NCBI GenBank assembly: GCA_964630205.1
Contig: CAZVTM010000001.1
Span: 27,069-91,068, forward strand
Origin: an uncultured Helicobacter sp.
GTDB lineage: Bacteria > Campylobacterota > Campylobacteria > Campylobacterales > UBA6016
DNA length: 64,000 bases
Direction: 5' to 3'
The position numbers and the translations under genes are program-made. Below the pieces are notes generated by a model. The model ran no database searches. It was not told where the DNA came from and saw nothing but the letters and a program-made list of their open reading frames with translations. Shown here piece after piece: positions 20,003 through 29,846 of the stretch. Within the stretch, counting starts at the first letter, position 1, and each line of letters begins with the position of its first letter.

Positions 20003-21343
20003 TTGTTTGCAAGCCTGACCGATTCCTTCAGAACCGCTGTCAACAAGATAAGATTTTCAGATGACGAAAAGTCGTTAAAAAAAGCTATTGAAGAACTCAA
20101 AAAGAGCCTACTAAAATCCGATGTGCACTATAAAGTAACAAAAGAGCTTTTGCATAAGGTAGAGGTTGAGACAAAACTTGCCGGAATAGGCAAGCAAAAC
20201 TTCATATCTGCTTTGCAAAAAAACCTGCTTAAGACGCTAAGTGTAGCGGGGCATCAGGGTTTTGTATTTGCACCGAAATCGCCTACAGTCATACTAATGG
20301 CAGGTCTTCAAGGCTCAGGTAAGACAACGACTACGGCCAAACTAGCAAACTACCTAAAACAAAAAAATAAAAAAGTATTGATGTCTGCGTGCGACCTTCA
20401 AAGGGCTGCGGCGGTAGAACAGCTTAAGCAACTTGGACTACAAATAGGGGTTGACGTCTATTTTGAAGATGGTGAGCAAAATCCTGTCAAAGTAGCAAAA
20501 GGCGCATTAGAAAAAGCAAAAAAAGAATTTTATGATGTTCTTTTGGTTGACTCTGCGGGGCGACTGGCGATAGACGAAGCCCTAATGAATGAATTAAGGG
20601 AAGTTAAGAAAGCAATTAACCCTTTTGAGACTTTTTATGTAGCAGACTCACTTTCAGGTCAAGATGGCGTACGAAGTGCTGAGAGTTTCAATGCTCAAAT
20701 AGGTATTAACGGCGTTATTCTCTCAAAGTTTGACGGCGACTCCAAAGGTGGTGTGGCTCTCGGTATTGCTAGCCAAATAGGTGTACCGCTAAGATTTATC
20801 GGTATGGGCGAAAAACCTGCCGACCTTGAAGCGTTCATCCCAGATAGAATAGTCTCTCGTCTCATGGGTGCCGGAGATGTGGAGTCTTTAGCCGAAAAAG
20901 TATCTACGGTAATAGACGCCGAAAAAGCAAAAGACATAACCAAAAAAATCAAAAAAGGGCAGTTTAACTTCAACGACTTTTTGGAACAAGTCGAGAATAT
21001 GAAAAAGCTCGGAAGTATGAAAAACCTTATTGGCATGATACCGGGTATGGGTGCTATGGCAAATCAGATCAAAGATGTAGATCTTGACAACTCTGCGGAG
21101 ATAAAAAAAATAAAAGCTTTGGTAAACTCTATGACTCCAAAAGAGAGAGAAAATCCAGAACTTCTCAATAATACTAGAAAAAGAAGAATTGCAGTCGGTT
21201 GTGGTCTTGCTCAAAACGAAGTAAATAGGCTATTTAAACAGTTTGAAAACGCGCAAAAGATGGCAAAAAAATTCTCGTCAAAAAGCGGTATGAAAGATTT
21301 GATGAATCTGATAGGCCAGCAAAAACTGCACGGCATGAGATAG
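20003..21343 (+). CDS. ffh: signal recognition particle protein
   Basis: 446 aa with a TTG start, GLQGSGKTTT, DSAGR, KFDGD.KGG and a Met-rich M domain. Confidence 0.95.
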   Translation: MFASLTDSFRTAVNKIRFSDDEKSLKKAIEELKKSLLKSDVHYKVTKELLHKVEVETKLAGIGKQNFISALQKNLLKTLSVAGHQGFVFAPKSPTVILMAGLQGSGKTTTTAKLANYLKQKNKKVLMSACDLQRAAAVEQLKQLGLQIGVDVYFEDGEQNPVKVAKGALEKAKKEFYDVLLVDSAGRLAIDEALMNELREVKKAINPFETFYVADSLSGQDGVRSAESFNAQIGINGVILSKFDGDSKGGVALGIASQIGVPLRFIGMGEKPADLEAFIPDRIVSRLMGAGDVESLAEKVSTVIDAEKAKDITKKIKKGQFNFNDFLEQVENMKKLGSMKNLIGMIPGMGAMANQIKDVDLDNSAEIKKIKALVNSMTPKERENPELLNNTRKRRIAVGCGLAQNEVNRLFKQFENAQKMAKKFSSKSGMKDLMNLIGQQKLHGMR

Positions 21344-21421
21344 GCGAGTGCCTACAAATGGGCTTTTAGTAAGAGCCTATTTTTTGGCATTTAACAAATT
21401 AATTTTTATTAGGAGAATTTA

Positions 21422-21652
21422 ATGGCAACAGTTATTAGACTTACCAGACTTGGAAGAACAAAAAAACCTTTCTACAGAATCGTAGTAACGGATAGCAGAA
21501 AAAAAAGAGATGGTGGCTGGATAGAGTCAATCGGTTATTACAATCCAATGGTTGAGCCGAAAGTTATCAAATTTGACGCTGAAAGACTTGCATACTGGAC
21601 AGGTGTAGGTGCCAAAATGAGCGATAAAGTAGCTCACATAACAAAAGGGTAA
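21422..21652 (+). CDS. rpsP: 30S ribosomal protein S16
   Basis: [25 protein letters not shown]. Confidence 0.95.
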   Translation: MATVIRLTRLGRTKKPFYRIVVTDSRKKRDGGWIESIGYYNPMVEPKVIKFDAERLAYWTGVGAKMSDKVAHITKG

Positions 21653-21654
21653 TT

Positions 21655-21897
21655 TTGGTCGAGAAATTTGTAGAGCAGTTTGCAGCTCTACTTTCAACAT
21701 ATCCGGAAGAGATAAGGGTCGAGAAAATCGCCATTGAAGACGGATTATGTGAGATAATAATCTATGCAAATCAGGCCGATGCAGGAAAAATAATAGGTAA
21801 AGATGGAAAGATGATAAATGCCCTCAAAACCGTTATTTCCGGCTGTAAAGCAAAAGACAATATATCGTATAAGATTTCCGTAAAACCGAATAAATAA
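21655..21897 (+). CDS. KH-domain RNA-binding protein (YlqC-like)
   Basis: 80 aa with GKIIGKDGKMINALK. It lies in the conserved position between rpsP and rimM. Confidence 0.8.
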   Translation: MVEKFVEQFAALLSTYPEEIRVEKIAIEDGLCEIIIYANQADAGKIIGKDGKMINALKTVISGCKAKDNISYKISVKPNK

Positions 21898-22442
21898 TGA
21901 AAAGAAGTATTCAAAACGGCGATTCGCAGCTTGTCGTGGCCAAAATAGGTAAAACTATCGGTCTTGACGGCAAGTTAAAACTTCATCTTTTCTCAGACTT
22001 CCCGGAGCAGTTCAAAAAAGGGGCAAAGTTTTACTCTAACGGTGAAGAGCTTGTGATTGAGAGCTTTGAACCGCAGTCATCTAATGTTAAATTCAAAAAT
22101 TTTAACGACGTAGATAGTGCAGCAAAACTAACCAATCGAACTATTTCAACCACCATTGACGATACTAGGGATCGTTGCAGACTCGGCAAGGATGAGTTTT
22201 TTTGGTTTGACATCATCGGTCTTTTCGTATTCGAAAATGATGAAAATCTGGGTGTTGTCGAAAGTATCGAGAGATATGGTGCGACAGACTATTTGTCCGT
22301 TAAGACGGATGCGGCGCTTGTAAAAAGCGGTATGCCTAAAAGTTTTTTGCTCCCTTATCAGGATAGATTTGTTTCATCGGTCTCCTTGGAAGACAAAAGA
22401 ATAAACGCTAATTACGCAAAAGATATTTTGAGCGAAAGCTGA
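21897..22442 (+). CDS. rimM: 16S rRNA processing protein RimM
   Basis: 181 aa with V.KIGK..GL.G.LK and the conserved operon context. Confidence 0.85.
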   Translation: MKRSIQNGDSQLVVAKIGKTIGLDGKLKLHLFSDFPEQFKKGAKFYSNGEELVIESFEPQSSNVKFKNFNDVDSAAKLTNRTISTTIDDTRDRCRLGKDEFFWFDIIGLFVFENDENLGVVESIERYGATDYLSVKTDAALVKSGMPKSFLLPYQDRFVSSVSLEDKRINANYAKDILSES

Positions 22443-23140
22443 TGAAATTCAGCTTTGTAACCATCTTTAGCGAGTTGGTTGCGCCGTATTTTGAAGCGTC
22501 AATTCTTGGGCGGGCAAAAAATGCGGGGCTCATAGAGATAGCTTTTTTATCACCGAGAGACTACAGTGAAGACAAATTCAAGCGCACCGACGACTATGCC
22601 GTCGGCGGTGGGGCAGGGCTAGTTTTTACTCCTGCACCGATGTTTTCGCTCTTTCGTGAGCTTAGACAAAAAGACAAGGGTGCACATATTGTTTTTTTAA
22701 CCCCTGCGGCAAAACCTTTTAAGGCCAGTGATGCCAAAAGGCTCGCAAAAAAAGAGCATATTGTGTTTGTTTGCGGCAGATATGAAGGTATCGATGAACG
22801 AGTGGTCGAAGAGTTTGCCGATGAGGTTTTCTCTGTCGGTGACTTCGTCCTCACTGGCGGTGAGCTCGCTGCGCTTATTATGTCGGACGCCGTGTCAAGA
22901 TTCGTCCCCGGCGTACTTGGCAATGAGGAGTCGCTGGAAGTTGAGAGTTATGAGGGGCATCTTTTGGAGGCTCCCTCGTTTGCAAAACCCTCTAATTTTG
23001 AGGGTAATTGTTCACCTTCAATTCTTTTAAAGGGAAACCACAGTAAAATTGCGGATTTTAAAAAAACCGTGTCGAAAATTAAGACAAAATACTTTAGACC
23101 CGACCTATATGAAAAGTTTTTAAAAGGAACTATAAAATGA
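22442..23140 (+). CDS. trmD: tRNA (guanine37-N1)-methyltransferase
   Basis: 232 aa with [33 protein letters not shown]. Confidence 0.95.
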   Translation: MKFSFVTIFSELVAPYFEASILGRAKNAGLIEIAFLSPRDYSEDKFKRTDDYAVGGGAGLVFTPAPMFSLFRELRQKDKGAHIVFLTPAAKPFKASDAKRLAKKEHIVFVCGRYEGIDERVVEEFADEVFSVGDFVLTGGELAALIMSDAVSRFVPGVLGNEESLEVESYEGHLLEAPSFAKPSNFEGNCSPSILLKGNHSKIADFKKTVSKIKTKYFRPDLYEKFLKGTIK

Positions 23141-23496
23141 AAAATAAATACCTAGAGAGCTTCGAGCAAGCGCAAATAGCTAGCAAATCTATCCCTGCTT
23201 TTAGAGCTGGTGATAGTCTAAAAGTTGCTGTAAAAATTAAAGAGGGTGACAAAAGCAGAATCCAAAATTTTGAAGGCATATGTATAGCTGTTAGGGGCGA
23301 AGGCGCAGGGAAAACTTTCACAGTTAGAAAAGTAGGCGCTAACAATGTAGGCGTTGAAAGAATTTTCCCTTTCTATACTGATAGCATCGAAAGCGTAGCG
23401 GTAACTAGAAGAGGTAAAGTAAGAAGAGCAAAACTCTACTTCCTAAGAACTAGAAGCGGTAAATCTGCAAGAATCGAAGAGCTAAGAACTAGATAA
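23137..23496 (+). CDS. rplS: 50S ribosomal protein L19
   Basis: 119 aa with F.AGD...V..KI.EG...R.Q.FEG..IA. Confidence 0.95.
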   Translation: MKNKYLESFEQAQIASKSIPAFRAGDSLKVAVKIKEGDKSRIQNFEGICIAVRGEGAGKTFTVRKVGANNVGVERIFPFYTDSIESVAVTRRGKVRRAKLYFLRTRSGKSARIEELRTR

Positions 23497-24186
23497 TCTA
23501 GCTTCTATAGCCGCCCCGTAAGCGCCCATTATCTGAGGATTGGGCGCAACCTCCATCTTTCTATCGATTTTTTCTTCAATCATTTTTTCGCACAAACTAA
23601 ATTTCATCGTCATATTCGCAAGCCTTGAAGCTATTGAGGCATGAACCGCTGCTCCTATATTTTTTGCGCTCTCTTTTTTTGCCATCAACGATATTAGTTC
23701 CGATTCTGCAAAGACTGCACACATCGAGGATATCTCAAGCTCTTTGTCAAAATCCATACAAGCATCACCGAATTCATCAATACTAAAGCCAAGTCTGTTT
23801 GCCGCTATTTCAAGGAACTTTCCGGTTCCTGCCGCACATTTGTCATTCATCCGAAAATCGACAAAATATCCGTTTTCAATCTGAATAACTTTACTATCTT
23901 GCCCGCCGAGCTCTACAATGAGAGAGCAGTCCGCAAATAGGTTTGCGGTCGCCTTTGCATGCGCTTGAATTTCGCTGATAACCTTTGCGCCTAGTTTATC
24001 TTTGATGAGATTTCTGCCGTAGCCAGTAGCTACGATAGAGGATACTTGTTTGTCTTGCAAAAACTCATATACTTTTTCATCTTGATCGATTAACGTCTCT
24101 ATTGTTTTTGTCTCGGCTATTTCGCCGCGCTTGTTTATTGAGACTATTTTGGTACATGTAGAACCTACGTCGATGCCCCAGTGCAT
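23482..24186 (-). CDS. BadF/BadG/BcrA/BcrD-type ATPase (2-hydroxyacyl-CoA dehydratase activator-like), C-terminal region atypically short
   Basis: [25 protein letters not shown] and [13 protein letters not shown] motifs. The usual TGGVA block before the terminal P.PQ..GA.GAA is missing. The gene overlaps the rplS 3' end by 15 nt. Confidence 0.7.
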   Translation of the reverse strand: MHWGIDVGSTCTKIVSINKRGEIAETKTIETLIDQDEKVYEFLQDKQVSSIVATGYGRNLIKDKLGAKVISEIQAHAKATANLFADCSLIVELGGQDSKVIQIENGYFVDFRMNDKCAAGTGKFLEIAANRLGFSIDEFGDACMDFDKELEISSMCAVFAESELISLMAKKESAKNIGAAVHASIASRLANMTMKFSLCEKMIEEKIDRKMEVAPNPQIMGAYGAAIEARLSSS

Positions 24187-25161
24187 TATCCCGCCTTTTT
24201 GTTTTTGATGCTTTCCAAGAAAGCCTCTATTCGTGTTTTGATTTGTCCCGCATCCTCGGGTGAATAGTCAGATTCAATCGCCAAGAATGGCGCCCCGTCC
24301 TCTTTTGGCGCGCTTGAGACAAGGAAAGATTCGACGTTGTACGTATGGCAAAATGCCAGTGTGCAGTATATGACACCGTCCACTTTTCTCTCTTCGATCA
24401 TTTTTTTTGATTTTTGCTATTCTAGCTTTGTTTGGCGTAAAGCAGGCGCAGTCGATGTCGGCATATCTCTTTAGCATCTTATCGACGAGTTCCCCTTTGT
24501 TTGCCGCACTGCTCGTATCGATGTTGTCTTTGTAATATCTATGTCCGATACAGGATTCTTCGTTAATTATGGCTGCGCCGCTTATCTCTTCGATGTGCTC
24601 GTTGAACTCCTCAATCTCTTTTTTCCAAAGTTCCAAGCTTTTTTTGTCTTTTTTCTGTGGAATTTGCATTACATGCACAGGGTGGTGGTTTGCAAGTATC
24701 TCCCACGTTTTTTTCTTTGCTTCGCACGTTGTCTCTCCGTAGATAAAATCTGCCGACTGCGTATATCCACAAGCTTTTAGTAGCTTGAAGCCGTGCGCCG
24801 ACTTGATGAGCGGACAGATGTTTCTAGGGAGCTCTTTTTCGGCCTCCGGAATAGATGCGGGCGATCCACTACAAAGACCATAGCAGGCACCGCCAAGCGC
24901 AGTTACCGACTCTTCTGGAACAAAAATACAAAACGTCCCGACGAGCGGTTTTTTTGCTTTTTTGACCTCTTGTAGCTCTTCTACCCTTCCTGTTTGTAGA
25001 TTTTCCCAGAAATTATCAAAGTATCCCATTGATGATGGTCTATTGGATTGTGTTTTGAAGACGTCTTCGTGTCGTTTGACTGCGGCGGATACCATTTTTG
25101 AGAGTAGCTCGGTATTGATGTCGAGCCTTTCCCACATTTTTATATGCTGTTCACTAACCAT
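24186..25161 (-). pseudogene. BcrC/BadD/HgdB-family (2-hydroxyacyl-CoA dehydratase / double-cubane-type) protein, frameshifted and probably internally deleted
   Basis: ORF 24274..25161 and the 71-aa ORF 24186..24401 ([20 protein letters not shown]...[11 protein letters not shown]) are one gene, shifted within CAAAAATCAAAAAAAATG (T8 on plus 24401-24408). The total is ~325 codons against the ~400+ I recall as typical. Confidence 0.7.
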
Positions 25162-25183
25162 TTATTACTCCAAGTTAAAAACT

Positions 25184-25208
25184 TAGACAGCATGTGTGTG
25201 CTAGACAG
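25184..25208. repeat. direct repeat TAGACAG x2 (18-bp period) flanking (TG)4, in the leader of the dehydratase gene
   Basis: TAGACAG occurs at 25184-25190 and 25202-25208, 23-47 nt upstream of the ATG at 25161. Confidence 0.3.
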
Positions 25209-25321
25209 GGAGGTTGTGCGCAAGATAAAGAGGCGCATTGAACGTATGTCGGCCTAATCCATAGGCAAATGCTGATGTCAAAAGTAAAGATAGCAGAAAA
25301 ATGTTAAAAAATACTTGTCTT

Positions 25322-25774
25322 TTAGTAGTTTTTCATAGCCCTTGCTATTTCTAGTTTTGCGTCTTTTTCTTTTAGACTCTCTCGTTTATCGTGCTGCTGC
25401 TTCCCTTTTGCAAGTGCGATTTCGAGCTTTATTTTGTTCCTGCTGTTTGCGTAGACGCTTATCGGCACTATAGTAAGCCCGTCTTCTTTGACTTTTTGGT
25501 TTAGCCTCAACAGTTCTTTTTTGTGCAAAAGGAGCTTTCTATCCCTTGTTTCGCTAGGTTTGAAGGCGGCTACGGCGGTGGACATATGCGTAATATGCAT
25601 GCCAAACACAAATGCTTCGCCGTTGATGATACGGACAAAGCTGTCTTTGAGGTTTACCCTTGCGTTTCTTATAGCCTTTGCTTCGCTCCCGGCAAGCGAT
25701 ATCCCTGCCTCTATTTTGTCCAATATATGGTAGTCGTGAAAAGCCTTTTTGTTATTTGCGTATGTTTTGCCCAT
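25322..25774 (-). CDS. smpB: SsrA-binding protein
   Basis: 150 aa with NKKA.HDY......EAGI.L.G.E.K and LLLHK.E. Confidence 0.95.
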   Translation of the reverse strand: MGKTYANNKKAFHDYHILDKIEAGISLAGSEAKAIRNARVNLKDSFVRIINGEAFVFGMHITHMSTAVAAFKPSETRDRKLLLHKKELLRLNQKVKEDGLTIVPISVYANSRNKIKLEIALAKGKQQHDKRESLKEKDAKLEIARAMKNY

Positions 25775-26547
25775 TATTTGGCCTTAAATAGCGTACTACC
25801 GCTGCCGCTGAGATACCATCCGTCTAGCTTGTGCTCATAAAATTCCGGATATTTTTTTAGCACTGCCTTGAATAGGTCATTTAGCTCGATTGGGGGATGC
25901 GATTCCAATATCTCTCTCGTTGTCTTTGTGGCAAGTTCTGCCGCTAGTTCCGGCTCTAGGTCTGTTATAAAGTGTTTTCTAAAAGTCTTATATACCTCTT
26001 TTGTATCGCACTTTATATCATCCGGGGTAAAGAGCTTGATTTGCGGCACGTCATCTTTGAATTCCTCCACTATCTCGCCTATGCCGGATACGTTGGCAGC
26101 CTTGTATCCATAGACAAAAAACGGCACATCGGCGCCGACTCTAGCCCCTATCTGGGCCAGTTCATCTGGACTTAGACCAAGAGAGAGTATATCGTTTAGC
26201 ATTTTCAAAAACGTCGCCGCATTTGAGCTTCCGCCGCCAAGCCCAGCTTGTTTTGGGATGTTTTTGTAGACCATCATCTTATGTTTTTTGCAAAACTCTA
26301 CGATATTTTTTTGTGGTTTGTAGTCCAGCAAAGCCTCATATGCTTTGTAGATTGTGTTGCTTTTTTTGTCGCAATCAAAATCGCCTATTATCTCAAAACT
26401 AATCCCTACATTTGGCTCAAACCACATTGTATCGTATAGCTTTTCTATGAGGACAAATCTTGATATGAGCTCGTGATAGCCGTCCCTTGTCCCTACTATT
26501 TTCAAAAAAGTGTTTATTTTTGCCGGTGAGTGGTAGACTTTTTTCAA
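25774..26547 (-). CDS. ispE: 4-diphosphocytidyl-2-C-methyl-D-erythritol kinase
   Basis: 257 aa with AKIN.FL.I.G.R.DGYH and KNIP..AGLGGGSSNAA. Confidence 0.9.
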   Translation of the reverse strand: MKKVYHSPAKINTFLKIVGTRDGYHELISRFVLIEKLYDTMWFEPNVGISFEIIGDFDCDKKSNTIYKAYEALLDYKPQKNIVEFCKKHKMMVYKNIPKQAGLGGGSSNAATFLKMLNDILSLGLSPDELAQIGARVGADVPFFVYGYKAANVSGIGEIVEEFKDDVPQIKLFTPDDIKCDTKEVYKTFRKHFITDLEPELAAELATKTTREILESHPPIELNDLFKAVLKKYPEFYEHKLDGWYLSGSGSTLFKAK

Positions 26548-26557
26548 AATCAGACCT

Positions 26558-26785
26558 CTATTTTTTGATTATTTTGAGTTCGGACGGGTCAAACTCTTGG
26601 AAGCTTGAGCTTGCTTCGATGTTTTGGTTTTTTACTTTTGTAGCCAATTCATCTCTAAAAATAGGGACGTCTATAGGTGCGTCAAAGCCCAGTTTGACTT
26701 GACCTTGGTCTATTGATATTATTTTGACGCTAATGTCTTGTCCTATCGTTATAGACTCGCCGACTTTTCTGGTAAGTATAAGCAC
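26558..26785 (-). CDS. csrA: carbon storage regulator CsrA
   Basis: MLILTRKVGESI.IG.DI.V.I and GFDAP..V.I.R.E. Confidence 0.95.
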   Translation of the reverse strand: MLILTRKVGESITIGQDISVKIISIDQGQVKLGFDAPIDVPIFRDELATKVKNQNIEASSSFQEFDPSELKIIKK

Positions 26786-26795
26786 CTATCGCCTT

Positions 26796-27617
26796 TTATA
26801 TCTCTATGTTGTTGAGCTTGTAGTGCACTTTTTGCTCTTTAATCTCTATGATGGAGAGCATATCGCCGTTGTCTACAAAGTATATACCGTCGTCTTGAAG
26901 TTCAAACTCTTGAACGTCAAGTTTCTTGCCGAGAATTATATCGGTTTTATCTTTTTTGTATCGATTTTGCGGCATCGCTAAAACACTTTTTATCGGTATC
27001 TCTTTTTCACCGTTAAAACAAAAATCCCCCTCGCAAATCCTCTCCAAATACGAAAGAGCTCCATTGCATTCAAGCTCATTCGCAACGATTTCGCCTAGCG
27101 TCCTGACGTATGTCCCTTTTGAAACTTTGACCTCAAAAGTAACAAATGGATGTGAATAAAGGAGTAGCTTTGCGTCAAATACTGTGATATCGCACTCTTT
27201 TAGCGCCACCTCTTTGTTGTCTCTAGCCAGTTCGTATGCACGCTTGCCGTTTATCCTTTTGGCGCTGTATTTAGGCGGAACTATTTTTGTTATTTTTTTT
27301 AAATTTTCGACCGCCTGTGCCACCTGCCAAAGGGGTAGCTCCTCGATTTTGTCTATTTGCTCCACCGCTTCGATATCCAGCGTATCGCTTTGTGCTCCAA
27401 GCCAAAGGACGGCTCTGTATACTTTCGGCTCCAAGTTGACGTAATTAAATAGCCTAGAAGCCCCATCTGTACCGATAAGTAGAGTGCCGACGGCAAAAGG
27501 GTCTAATGTGCCGCTGTAGCCTGCCGTTTTTGTTTTATATTTTCTTTTGAGCTTTGAGAGATAGTTGTTTGAAGAGATAAATAGCGGCTTTTTGGCGACA
27601 AACAGTTTCCCCTTCAT
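26796..27617 (-). CDS. truB: tRNA pseudouridine(55) synthase
   Basis: 273 aa with AGYSGTLDPFA.G.L and PP.YSA....GKRAYELAR. Confidence 0.9.
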   Translation of the reverse strand: MKGKLFVAKKPLFISSNNYLSKLKRKYKTKTAGYSGTLDPFAVGTLLIGTDGASRLFNYVNLEPKVYRAVLWLGAQSDTLDIEAVEQIDKIEELPLWQVAQAVENLKKITKIVPPKYSAKRINGKRAYELARDNKEVALKECDITVFDAKLLLYSHPFVTFEVKVSKGTYVRTLGEIVANELECNGALSYLERICEGDFCFNGEKEIPIKSVLAMPQNRYKKDKTDIILGKKLDVQEFELQDDGIYFVDNGDMLSIIEIKEQKVHYKLNNIEI

Positions 27618-29674
27618 ATTGCCTTTTCCACAAAAGAGGCGAGAATGTCACGCTGGGAGCCCCCAAAATTGATTTTTAGTTTAAGCTCTTTACCTGATTT
27701 TGTGACCTCCATTACTCTGCCAAATCCAAATATCTTGTGCTTTACAAGGTCGTTTTTGGCAAATGCGGCCCCTTCATCCTTGATGGCTATAGGTGCATCG
27801 GTTAGTCCCGCTTCTTTCAAAAACCTGCTTACCGGCGGATAGTCTCTTTTGCCGTATACAAATCTACTTTTGGAGCTTGTGATGTATAGCTTGTCTTTTG
27901 CTCTTGTAAATGCGACGTAGCAGAGCCTTCTCTCTTCTTCCATATCGGTTCGCTCGTTTGAAACGGGGAAAAATCCCTCTTCCATTGCAACTACAAACAC
28001 CCTTTTGTACTCAAGACCCTTTGAGGCGTGAACCGTCATTATTGCCACACTCTCGCCAAAATCTATATTGTCTATATCGCTTTGGATGCTTATTTCGTTG
28101 AGGTACTCTTCGATGTCTTGCTCGGGATTTGCCTTGAAATACTCTTTTAAAGAGCCGTAAAACTCATCCAAGTTGGCGGCCCGTTCCTCCTCGCTAGGAA
28201 GAGATAAGAAAAACTTTTTGAGGCCGACGATATTTTCAAATTCATCAAGTAGTGCAAATGTAGAACTCTCTTTTTTTGCCTTTAGCGTTTCTACGATTTG
28301 AACAAAGTTTTTTAACTCTCCGAATGTCTTTTTGCCGACGCTTTGACTTAGGATATCGTTGTAAAAATCATTTGAAATGAGTTCGTACGTTTTGATATTT
28401 AGCTTACCGCACAGATGCTCTAGCTTTTCTATCGAAGTTTTGCCGATGCTTCTTTTTGGTTTGTTGATGACCCTTTGGAGTGAAAACTCATCATACGGAT
28501 TTACCGATAGGCGCAGATAGGCGATGGCGTCTTTGATTTCACTCCTCTCGTAAAACTTCATGCCGCCGACAAATACATAACCAAGGTTTTGAGCTCTAAA
28601 TCCCTCTTCGATGGCTCTTGATACGGCGTTGACACGAAACAAAACAGCTATATCCGATGCTCTCTCACCTTTGGCGATAAGCTCTTTTATTGTTTTAGCA
28701 ACCCAGGTTGCCTCCTCTTTTTCGTCTGTAAACGCCTTGTATGTGACGGCTTCCATTGAGCCGCGCGTCGGTTTTAGTTTTTTGTCGTATCTGTTTTTGT
28801 TGTTAGCAATGACTAGGTTTGCAATCTCTAGTATATTGGCGCTTGAGCGGTAGTTTTCCTCCAACTTAACCACTTTTGCTTTCCCGAATGAGCTTTCAAA
28901 AGAGAGGATATTTTCTACTTTTGCCCCTCTAAAGCTATAGATACTTTGGTCGTCATCGCCCACCACGCATATATTATTATGGGTTTTGCACAGTTTTTTT
29001 AGAAGTTCTAGTTGTAGAGAGTTGGTGTCTTGGTACTCATCTACCATGATATATTGGTATTTTTGGCTAGTCTCCACGGCAACACTCTCAAACTCGTCCA
29101 TTATCCTGTACGGAAGCAAAAGCAGGTCGTCAAAGTCTACTAAGTTGTTGGCTGAGGTGAAGGCTTCGTATTTGGCGTATATCGTTGCTACTTCGGTCTC
29201 AACCTCCGTTTTTGCCATTTTTCGGACATCTTCCGGCGATAGAATCGCGTTTTTGTAGTTTGATATTAGATATGAAGCTGTGGAGGCTGGAACATCTTTG
29301 CAAAAAGGCTTCAAGACTCTATTTTTGTCATCGGTATCTATTACGCTAAATGAGTTTTGGCGCCCCAGTTTTGAGATATGAAACCTCAAAAACAAAAGAC
29401 CGAACTTATGAAACGTACACAGTAGCGGCACATAAGAGCTATTTTCCAGCATAGATAGCGCACGGCTTCGCATCTCTTCCGCAGCCTTGTTGGTAAAGGT
29501 AAGCGTGAGGGTGTTCGCGGGATCTATTCCAAGACTAAGCAGATATGCAAGTCTTGTGGTTATGGTTTTTGTTTTGCCGCTTCCGGCGCCCGCAAGAATA
29601 AGCAGCGGCCCGTCTATAGTAGAGACTGCGTCCTTTTGTGATATATTCAAATCGTTCAGTTTTACTTCTATCAT
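27614..29674 (-). CDS. pcrA: ATP-dependent DNA helicase PcrA/UvrD family
   Basis: 686 aa with AGAGSGKT, VDEYQDTN, NYRS, TVHASKGLE, YVAFTRAK. Confidence 0.9.
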   Translation of the reverse strand: MIEVKLNDLNISQKDAVSTIDGPLLILAGAGSGKTKTITTRLAYLLSLGIDPANTLTLTFTNKAAEEMRSRALSMLENSSYVPLLCTFHKFGLLFLRFHISKLGRQNSFSVIDTDDKNRVLKPFCKDVPASTASYLISNYKNAILSPEDVRKMAKTEVETEVATIYAKYEAFTSANNLVDFDDLLLLPYRIMDEFESVAVETSQKYQYIMVDEYQDTNSLQLELLKKLCKTHNNICVVGDDDQSIYSFRGAKVENILSFESSFGKAKVVKLEENYRSSANILEIANLVIANNKNRYDKKLKPTRGSMEAVTYKAFTDEKEEATWVAKTIKELIAKGERASDIAVLFRVNAVSRAIEEGFRAQNLGYVFVGGMKFYERSEIKDAIAYLRLSVNPYDEFSLQRVINKPKRSIGKTSIEKLEHLCGKLNIKTYELISNDFYNDILSQSVGKKTFGELKNFVQIVETLKAKKESSTFALLDEFENIVGLKKFFLSLPSEEERAANLDEFYGSLKEYFKANPEQDIEEYLNEISIQSDIDNIDFGESVAIMTVHASKGLEYKRVFVVAMEEGFFPVSNERTDMEEERRLCYVAFTRAKDKLYITSSKSRFVYGKRDYPPVSRFLKEAGLTDAPIAIKDEGAAFAKNDLVKHKIFGFGRVMEVTKSGKELKLKINFGGSQRDILASFVEKAI

Positions 29675-29799
29675 TGATTAAAGCTATTTTTAATATTAGG
29701 TTTAGTATAAAATTTATTAATAAATAATCGCAATTATATATTAGCTCCATTTAATTTCCAAAAAATTATATTTCTATCTTGAAATTACAGATAAAAATT

Positions 29800-29817
29800 A
29801 GTTATACTGTTATAACT
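29800..29817. promoter_or_regulatory. palindrome AGTTATA-CTGT-TATAACT upstream of the LysR-family gene (candidate LysR box)
   Basis: 7-bp perfect inverted arms with a 4-nt spacer, 30 nt upstream of the ATG at 29847. It fits the T-N11-A style. Confidence 0.3.
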
Positions 29818-29846
29818 TTTTCAAACGACTAGGAGACTCAAATAAA

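Noticed and set aside
24186-24401. 71-aa ORF as an independent small gene downstream of the dehydratase.
   Set aside because: It encodes the conserved C-terminal block (DGVIY..FC..Y......TRIEAF) of the same family and joins the upstream ORF through a 1-nt change in the A8 tract.
25162-25321. Possible riboswitch in the 160-nt leader of the dehydratase gene.
   Set aside because: I could not match it to the conserved cores of TPP, SAM, cobalamin, purine, glycine, fluoride, ZTP, c-di-GMP or Moco classes. Only the repeat is kept, as a low-interest observation.
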